From positions 38,006,001-38,070,000 of the forward strand of contig CM022665.1 in assembly GCA_012295275.1 (NCBI GenBank): a DNA stretch of 64,000 bases, written 5' to 3'. The notes under the pieces are model-generated. The model made no database searches, was not told the origin of the DNA, and was given only the letters and a program-made list of their open reading frames with translations. Each line of letters begins with the position of its first letter. Position 1 is the first letter of the stretch. A program made the translations under genes and the position numbers. Positions 54,699 through 64,000 of the stretch are shown piece by piece. This stretch comes from Chrysomallon squamiferum (lineage: Eukaryota; Animalia; Mollusca).

Positions 54699-57089
54699 GT
54701 AAATATTTCTTCTTTTTCTTCATTTTATTCTTAATATTATTATTATTATTATTATTATTATTAGCAGTAGTAGTTGTAGCAGTAGTTATTGTTGTATTAG
54801 TAGTGGTGTTTTATTTCAGTTTGTTTTGTTAATATTTATTATGATTATGATTATGATTATTGTTATTATTATTATTACTATTACTTTTTTTTTTTTTGTT
54901 GTTGCTGCATCCATCTATGACAACAGAGGATAATTAATTTTTTTTTGTTTCATCTGAATGTCATATTAGACTAAAGGAGAAAAAAAGAGATTTACTTATT
55001 TGATCAGTAAATTATGAAATTAAAATCTGAATTCATAAATTATTGTATCATTATATACATATTCAAGTCAACATATTTATATACAAATATAAGCAGATAC
55101 AAATCTTTTACAATTATTAACTCATGGCTAAACTGATGAACAGCATAAATAAAAACAAAATTTCATATTTATAAATGCATTAGTATTTACAGACATATTG
55201 AGAGTGACAGTCAGATACTGAGAGTAATAAAATATATACACATAAAGTTTTTTTAGAGGTTTAGGTACATAAACAATTAGTGAAATGTGGAAATCATGCA
55301 GAAGGATGCTGTATTTATCAACATTAGCATTTTCTAGACTTTTAATATAAGTGACAGACAAACCAAGAAATACAGAAAGAAAAAACTGAAAGAGTTTCAT
55401 GTTGAAATAGATAAGCATTCACAATCAAAAACATATTGAATCGTAAGCTTCCTAATACCGAGATGTGGAGACAAATCAAAATGTAAATGTTATATACAGA
55501 CACAAATATTTAAAAAAAATATTCAGAATTATTGACAAACATGGAAAAATGAGTTGTGTTATATTTATTTATTTATTTATTTATTATTATTATTATTTTT
55601 TTTTTTTTACATATAGAAGAATTTATAGATATAGGGAGAATAACTTACAAAATGAAAGAAAATAAGATAAAGATAAACTCCATATATGTCTGTTTCTACA
55701 TGTACTTGTATTTACAGATAGATTTAGAATGACTGACAGATAGACAGACAGGCAGAGAAATTACTTATCAAACTAAAACGATGCAGGAAATTATCACTGA
55801 ATCTGATAATTGTGAACTTGCAATTTTACCTTTGATAATGGCTGTGTTATTAAATTTCTCTTTCATTTATTTTTTTTATTAACTAAGTTTGTCCAATTAA
55901 GGATGAAAAAAAAACACACGTTTTCTCACTGACTGCAGATTGGAGTCTTTTGCCATTATTCCTTTAGGTCTTTTCCATTTATGACACAATACCATTTAAA
56001 AAAAAACAAAATTCAAGTATTACACAGGCCAGTAATTACCAGTGGCAGATTTTGGTGGAAGTTCATGGTGGGAAGTGAAGCCAAGAAAATGATGATTAAA
56101 TTTTGATTTCCCAGTGAAAATGCGAAAAGGATGCTTCATTTTCTTCTTGATTTGTAGCATTCTTTATTGACTGAAGTAACTGGTCTGTGCTGCCATTGAT
56201 TTTATGCTATCAAGTGGAAATGTTTGATATATTACAAAGCATACAAGAAGAACTTTTCAGACGTGGAAAACAAATTTATGTCCATGCTTAATATTTCTCT
56301 GGCAGACAATTTTTGTTTTTTTTTAATTATAATTTTTTATTTTATTTTTTTTATTTATTTATTTTTTTAAATTAATGTTATTGGGATGATTTAATATAAA
56401 GCAATGAAAATGTTGATTAATCTTTTTTCTTTGTTATTTATATCTTCAAAAAATTCAGCTACTTTGCAATTTTTTTAGACAAGATCTATGTCAGATTAAA
56501 GTTCAGTTAGAAGTTTGATTACTTTTATCATACTTTATTTAAATTTGTATGCATTTTATTACATTCAATATTGCTTAACCAGTGACATATTACACATCTC
56601 AGCTATTAATAAAACAGCAAGCAAAAGGACAGGGACATAGACTCCTTTTTTTACCCTTTTTCTATGACATCTTTGTATAACATTTTCAAATTTGATGCAG
56701 AGAACTTATTTGCATCAGGCACAGTAGATAACAGGATCAGTCCTCTTCCATCTTCCCACTCAGCTTTTACTAATTCCCGCTAATGCCCTTTGATTAATAT
56801 ATATCAGAGGATGTAATATATGTTCTTTCAGTCTATGGGATAATACATTTAAAAGGTATTTTGTCAGTGGCCTCAGTGGGTTTGTTTTGACATAAACCAT
56901 TTTTTAAAATGAATATAGGTACTAAATGTTAACTGATTTGTTTATTTGTGTTGCATAATTGTAGTTACATTTTCAGACAGTGATTTGGAATCCTAACAAA
57001 ACTTTAAGGAACCTATACTGAAGTATGTTCTCTACTTTTTCAGCATAATTTCACTGACATACATTTATGTTTGTATCATTTTTTTTCAG

Positions 57090-57250
57090 GTGACTTAAAA
57101 GATTATTTGAATGTGGCTATTAAAGAAGGAGGTATCAAACTGACGATAAATCTTGGATCAGGAGCTTACGAAACAGAAGTTAAACCCAGCCATGTCCGCT
57201 TTGATGACAACAGGTGGCACCACCTAGTGATCAAAAGAGAAGCAAGAGAG
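57090..57250 (+). CDS. Nrx-1: Alpha-neurexin coding exon, LNS2 middle part (161 nt, phase 1-0)
   Basis: Acceptor tttttttcag| and donor GAG|GTAACT. Translates (G)DLKDYLNVAIKEGGIKLTINLGSGAYETEVKPSHVRFDDNRWHHLVIKREARE, matching neurexin DY.N.A.K.G...L.INLGSG...F.DN.WH. Ends where vertebrate splice site 2 begins. Confidence 0.94.
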
Positions 57251-58519
57251 GTAACTATTATTTACTATCATCTAAGATCATGTAGAAACTGTTCAGACAA
57301 CACAAACTGATGACTGATACGTTTTTGTTTCCAACTCAGTAAATAAGATATAAAGTAATTCCTGTAATATTTCACTTGTTTCATAAACATTTACATGTAG
57401 TATGTTAACACATCATATCTGTGATACCAAAAGTGGCATTGCTAGATGTACCATATTTACTCATTTATAAATTGCACTCCTTTGTATCTAAGTTTAGTTT
57501 ATGTTGGTATGTGACTTGTACAGGGTGCCTAAAATCACTGAACACATTTGGCTAATGTTACACTGCACAATTAATAGAAACTACCTATGTTACAACATAA
57601 TATATATGCACATACAAGGTTGTTCAGACTTTGTATGAAATAAATTAAAAGTAATTGTCAATAGCGTATTGCAATATAGCAGTTTATTTTGTCAACCACT
57701 AGTCAGTATGAAAACTTTATTGAATGACAACATATATTCCATTAATTTGGTACCAGTTTTCAAGGCAATGCTTGGAGTGCAAATTATACATGACTAAATG
57801 TGGTATCTGTATATTATATAAATTGGTTTGTCAAATAATACTGACTAGTCTTCACAGTGCAACTGTTATATCAGTATTGCTTGACTTATCAGTAAATATA
57901 TACCAGTTTGTCACATTACACAGAACCAGTGAATATTACAATGATTAAGATACCACCATTAAGAACAATACATACTGGGATCTCTTCCTTTACCTTTTCC
58001 TGTCTTCAATTAATTATGGATGGTTATGTTACCATGCACTCTTCTACAAATAATTCCCTAACATACTAATTCTAACAATGTCTTGGCCAGTGAAAATCTT
58101 CAAAATCATTTAGAACTGCCTGTGTTTGTTGGTGGAAATTTTTTTATTTATTATTATTATTTTTTTGGACATGATAAGGGTTTTAAAGAAAAATAGTCAG
58201 AATATATTACACATTTTCTGTGTGGTTGTTTTGGACCTAGACAACAACCTTTGCCAGTAATAGACAAATAAGCTGCAGGAAATCTAGATAACCTCCTGTC
58301 TGCTCTTCTTTCATGACATTATTTCAAAGAAATTAACAATAATTAAAACTTATAAATCTTCATTATTATGGGGGAAAATGTCCTAAAAAGAAAGAAAAAA
58401 AGCTTGTATATAATTGTCATCCTTTATTATTATAAAAAGTTGACATGCAGATGCAAACATTCCATTTTCTTACTAATGTATTAAAATATGTGAGTTTTTA
58501 TTTTAAAAATGTAGGGGAG

Positions 58520-58552
<33 letters not shown>

Positions 58553-59361
58553 ACAAATATATTTTGAAAGATCTTTTTTCTTTTCTTTTTTTAAAGATGG
58601 CTTGAGACTTGTTTATTAAAAAAATTTCAATATAGAAATCATGAAAATATTTTGTCAATGATATCTGTTTATTGGGTACTGAGAAACAAAAACATTTCAA
58701 GTCATCTGAGTATAAACTGTCAGATTTCCATATCCCTGCCCATATTTATCAAGTAAGTGTGTAAGCAGATTGCCTACCAGCATTTCTATCTGCACATATT
58801 ATGCACTTTTCAGTTGTGTGAATTGATAAAAAAAAAAAAAGCATGGATTCAGATTTGTTTTCTTATATTTCTTTCTTTCAAAATTTAACATAATTCTTTT
58901 TTTATTATTATTGACACCTATAATTTTCAACCATGTTGAATGAATTAGTTTCAAAGTTTGTTTGTATTAATATGTTTACATTTGTTCAGTGATTAATAAT
59001 TTTGAAATAATTATAACAAAAAAAAAGTTTTAAAAAAAGAGTAAAACAAATTATATCTGTTATTTCATTTTTTATGCATGTACATTTAGAAGAATGTCAT
59101 TTCATTTTCATTTTTTTTTTTTTTTTTTTTTTATTATATTTGTTAAGAAATGCCTTTTAAGAAATTATTGCATTGAATTTTATTGAAGGCAATGTCTAAA
59201 AGTCCATTTACCAGACCTAGGTGTATAGTTAGTAGTATTATGTTAATTACCAGAATCATTTTTCAAGTGTAGATTTGCACTCTTGTATGTGTATGACTCA
59301 CCTTATCAACTTCCTTATTTATTTTTCATTTGTTGCATTTTTCAATTTTTGTAACAATCAG

Positions 59362-59388
59362 CTTACTAGGGACAAGGGTGTATGTTTT
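59362..59388 (+). CDS. Nrx-1: 27-nt phase-0 microexon (LTRDKGVCF) at the neurexin SS2-equivalent position
   Basis: Pyrimidine tract then aatcag|, 9 stop-free codons and a perfect GTAAGT donor at 59389. Phase fits the upstream exon. Penultimate Cys as in SS2-position peptides of other neurexins (recalled). Confidence 0.72.
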
Positions 59389-60237
59389 GTAAGTAAAACT
59401 TGCATGTCACAGGCATGCTCAGTGTCAGTGTAGGTCCTCCCTTATGTTAGTCCTGTCTTCTTTGTAACAGTGTTTGTAGATACAAGGTCCTCCATGCCCG
59501 TGCTTTGTAAAACTTTTAGAATTGCGACTCAGTATGTGAATCTAGGCTCAAAGTAAAAAAAAAATATATATATATAATAATAATAAAACTTTAGAGGCTT
59601 AATGATTAAAATTGACTTTCAGTAGCAACAGGATTTAATTTGGGTTTCTTTATCAGTATGTTTTAATTATTTGAATAATATGAGACATAATTTAACTTCT
59701 GAAATTCGTCTTTCATGTTTTTTTTGTGAGGTTTTTTTTTTTTTTTTTTTTGTATTATTATTATTATTTTCTTCTCCCCTTTTTTTTCTTACTTTGGGCC
59801 TAGATTCAAACTTGTTGCAATTTGTATTCTAGCCATTGTTTATGGATTATGTTTGGACCTGTATGGTTTATTTTACTTTATTATCTTTATTTTTTATTTT
59901 AGAAGCACAATGCCTTAGGTGTTTCAATGTTTACTAAATCTCTAAGAGATTGTAAATATTCCCATACTAAAACTAATAGTCATTTTAAAGCAGCTGATTA
60001 TTTACTTGTGTTTTAAGCACAACTGTTTAATTGTTTCTTCCTCATTGTCTTACAGAATGTTACTTTTAATCAGGTTATTCAGACAACATTTATTATTTGT
60101 CTGTAAATAAAATATACAAAATTTATTTTGATATATTGTTCTTTTTGTATAATTGAATTTTTTAGATGGGTGGTTTTGGCAAAAATACCTTGAAAATCAT
60201 TTCATGCTTATATCTATTTTAGATACAATGTTTATGG

Positions 60238-60271
<34 letters not shown>

Positions 60272-62344
60272 CTGTGTGTCTGCATTTATGTTAACCCCAA
60301 AAATATTGGTGGTTGTGCCAGTAGTTTTATTTGATAAGATGAGAGACATATTATCCACATAAAAGTGAAATTTATATTCAAAAAAACAATAATAATAATA
60401 ATAGTAATAATATTAAACTATTCTGATAAAAAAAGAAAGAAAAATGGAGGTAGGATGTTTAAAAGTATTTGCTACGTGGGAATCCATACTTGTTGAGAAT
60501 ATGAGAATCGATCCTCCAAGTTTGCTTTGATTTTAGTTTCATGCTGGTATTGAGTAATATCGTGTATTAATACCACAAACTGCTGCTTTTCTCCTGCTGA
60601 AAGTAAAGCCAATGTCACATCTCAACTAGAGTGGTCTTTTCAGATTGTGGAAATGGTGCATTTGCATGTAAAAAGAACATTTAAAGAGAGTTAGCATTTC
60701 TTGTACAGGGTCTGCTATTTGCAACTTAAGTAATGTCCACAAGTTTGCCACTTGATATTTTAACAGCCGCTTTGCAACCCAAACAGATAATTTGCTGAAA
60801 GGGTATTATTTAAGTTGAAAATGATGTAGTTTGGGTTAGTTAAATTTTTTATTTATTTATTCTTTTTTTCTTTTCTTTTTTTGTTTTTCCTCTTTTTTTT
60901 TACAGAGAAAAACGGATGACTGACATTTTGAAATTATTTGTGAAATTTTGTTTTTATTTGTTTTGGATTGGGCTTTCTGTTGTTTGTTTTTGTTTGTTTA
61001 ATGCTTTGCTTGATTATAAAGAAATAATAACTGAAGATATATTCCTATTTATTAGTATTTTATTTAGAAATTTATACAAAAATAATTATGATAATATGTA
61101 AAGATTATTTGTATACATGTTAAATGTATTCAGATTCATGCAGGAGTCAAGGTGTGTACAGAATTACACATGATGTTCCCTTCCTTATTTGTGTTAATCA
61201 TTTTCTTTTTTCCTTTCTTAATTCTTTCTTTCTTTGTTTTTCTTTTTAAATAATGAAACTCCTTTGAAAGTTTACAAAGACTACAATGATGGTACCCCTC
61301 CAGTTTCTAAAACTGGATCTGTCTGTGAAATGTGTTTTTTCTCATTTTATAATATTTATTTCATCTTGAAAGTTATATCCATTAGAGTGATGACACCCCC
61401 TTTGTGAAATTTTAGCTCTGCCTCAGACATTTATCAATTATATATGGTTCAAATATTATCAGTTTGTTTGATCAAATGTAATTATAATTGCAGTCCATGA
61501 TGAATTATACAACTGCTCTGATAATGCCTTGTTATCTTTGCACTGGAATAAAAACCCATAAAATATCTTTAGAAAAATTACTAAATGTGGATGGGAATGG
61601 ATGGGCAAACAAGGAAAATCTGCTGATGTTTGCATGATATTGAATATTTCATTCTGATCAAAGAGATACTGAAGATTTCAAGAACTCTTTTTTATTTTTT
61701 ATTTTTATTTTTTCAATATTTCCTTTTTAATTTTTAGAAAAATAATTTCCTGTTCAAGCTTTGTGAAGCACAGTTTTCTGTCTAATTTTGTATTAATGTT
61801 GTATCTTGTATGTGATATATACATTCAACATTTTTATTGTTGTTGTTGTTGTTGTTTTTGGTATCCAGTGATAAAATCTATTTCAGTTAAAGCACTAAGT
61901 CTTTTGAAGCAGAAGAAGATGTTAATTCAGAACTATAGTTTTATTATTTATTTATTTATTCATTCATTTATTTATTTATTATCTGAAAGAATTATTTTTA
62001 AACATTGTTTTATTGGAATTGTGTTTTCAAAACCGTATTAAAATCCAAATAATATTTAATATTACATATCAATGTCAATTTGCACTTCAACAAGGTAACT
62101 GCTTTCTGTGAGTTAATGGAAATATTGAAAGTCACTATAAATAAGATAATCTTAGTTTTCTGTGTTAGTTTACACGTGGCTGGTTTATTGGTTTTTAGTT
62201 TATTTTTATAACTTTTGAACTAAGATTAGAATTTATTAACCAGAAACTCAAAATACCTAACTGCCTTCTGCCAGCCAAGCAGAACTAAATGAAAGACTCA
62301 ATTTAAGATAATTATATTATACTTCTGCATCATACTGAACATAA

Positions 62345-62618
62345 TGTAACTGATTAGGTAATGGATCTGAAGCGTGATGGTATGCAAGATCAAATCATGT
62401 CTGAGAGCCCATTGTTTCAGCCAGTGTATTATGACTGATTTATCAAAGTCTAGAGTCATGTGCTTTCCTGCCTGTGAGAATGTGCATATAAATGATTTCT
62501 AGCTACTAACTGTTAAGGATAAGACATGAAATGACTGGATCAGGTTTCCTCAGACACCAGTGAGACATAATAACCATCAGTGTAAAACATTGTTAAAGTG
62601 TTTTAAAACATCATTCCT
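62345..62618 (+). mobile_element. Near full-length degenerate SINE-like element
   Basis: Decayed tRNA-like head; body tttcagccagtg...gactgatttatcaaag...tgtgctttcctgcctgtgagaatgtgcatataaa...ggtttcctc; tail gtgttttaaaacatcattcc. Shared with other copies in the window. Confidence 0.6.
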
Positions 62619-64000
62619 GTGACAAATTATATTCATAACATTTTGCTGTAATTAGCATAGAAATGTTTAACTTGGCCTGTAGCACCAAATGACATGCATA
62701 AATCCATTCATTCTTTCTTACTGAACCTTATAAATCAGACTGGTTATTATACATGTTAATTAAATCTAACATGCATGTTTCTTGTGACCTAAGTATGTTA
62801 TTAATGGATTGGTGTTCTGGATCAGGTACAGAAATACCTGCCCATTTTAAATCTTAAAATTTTATAACTATAACTTGAAACCATTTTAATACAATGCTGA
62901 TGGTATTACAGCAGTCTTGGGTTGCCTGGTTTGCAGAACAGCAAAGTCAGCATTTATCTGCAGCAGTAAGAAAAATATATCATTAATGCAGAAATTTTGG
63001 TTCTTCTTTGACTATATTACAGAAAACAGTTTTGTTATTTTATTTTTTACAGCCTAGAGTTGGAAACATGATAATAGTAACATTGTCTTGGAAGATGCCA
63101 CAAACAAAAATCTCTACTTTAAATTTTCTGTCCTTTTCTTTCTTTTCTTTTTTCTTTTATTATAGTTATTTTCTAAATTGCAGGCCTTCAAGCTGTAATT
63201 ATATTCTTTCAAAGAGAAAATAATTGATGTTTAGAAAGAGGTTTTTACACTGATTAAACAATTGAGGGATTTTTTATAATGACAAAGAAAAGAAATCAGT
63301 ACAAACAATACTGATATTAAGTGTATTCATTGCTGAGTTTTGAAGCAGTTATCTGGTTAAGAATTTCAGTTTCATATCTCTGAGAATGTCTCTGGGCAGA
63401 GTACTATTTAAAGCATACACTGACTGCAAAATAGGGTAGCTGCTTATATAATCTTGTAATCATGACTACTGTAATGTATATAATATAAATATTGTGATAA
63501 ACTACATTAAATATAGCTCAGTTAAAAATATATGTGCATAAAAATATTTTTTTGAAAATAAAAAGCAATGGTATTTAGAAACCATATACATGTATATTTT
63601 GGAAGACGTTTTGTTGTTATCATGGTGGACCTGAAGGTTTTCACTGGAAAATGCCATTGAGAATAAAACTGAACTGAATGAGAAATGTGGATACAGTAGT
63701 CCTAAAATCTGCAATACGTAATATGTTGGTATGTTCTGAATGAAAGACAACATTATTTCTTTTCTTTAGTTTCTGCATTGAAATGAATTAAGAATAAAAT
63801 AATGAAAAATCAGAAAAATATCAATTTAAAAAAAAAAAGTATATGGGTACCAACATTTTCAATTTTATTTTGGAACCATATTGAACTTTGTCTTGTCCAT
63901 GATGCCTCCAACATTTTGACTAAACTGACACAGCTTTTCTTGTTAACCCACACAAACTTTCCCATTTCTACACAGTGTCATTCGTGGCATCAGAGCTGAC

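Noticed and set aside
57519-57640. TA-CAGGGTG Tc1/mariner-like terminus
   Set aside because: No matching second TIR found nearby.
38994-59388. Calling the neurexin locus a pseudogene
   Set aside because: Only one lesion; all other exons have open frames, conserved motifs and phase-compatible splice sites.
59420-64000. Next neurexin exon (expected V...VDG...GGS motif of the LNS2 C-terminal part)
   Set aside because: Acceptor-like sites at ~60055, ~60905 and ~63052 give no LNS-like peptide; the exon presumably lies beyond the window.

Overview
This is very AT-rich, microsatellite-laden animal genomic DNA, not prokaryotic. A mollusc, probably a gastropod, is inferred from a recurring tRNA-headed SINE-like family, but the taxon is not proven. 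The only supported protein-coding locus is the 5' part of an alpha-neurexin gene (Nrx-1 / NRXN1-3 orthologue) on the + strand. Proposed structure: a CpG-rich promoter and non-coding first exon ending at a GTAAGT donor (12091); a ~26.7 kb first intron; a large exon encoding signal peptide, LNS1 and EGF1 (ATG 38994, donor after 39757); two LNS2 exons (54552-54698, 57090-57250); and a 27-nt microexon at the SS2-equivalent position (59362-59388). The gene continues past the window end. Main points of interest: an apparent +1 frameshift between LNS1 and EGF1 (most likely an assembly indel); an SS2 microexon with two in-frame donors and adjacent Rbfox motifs; a chain of stop-start-overlapping uORFs that a second acceptor could skip; a ~330 bp intronic palindrome; two strong RFX X-boxes; a sharp CpG drop at the gene start; an 88 bp Tc1/mariner-type MITE; and a CpG-decayed RTE-like LINE tail. 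Almost all other ORFs in the track are low-complexity artefacts. Similarities to known proteins and repeats are from memory, not from a database search.
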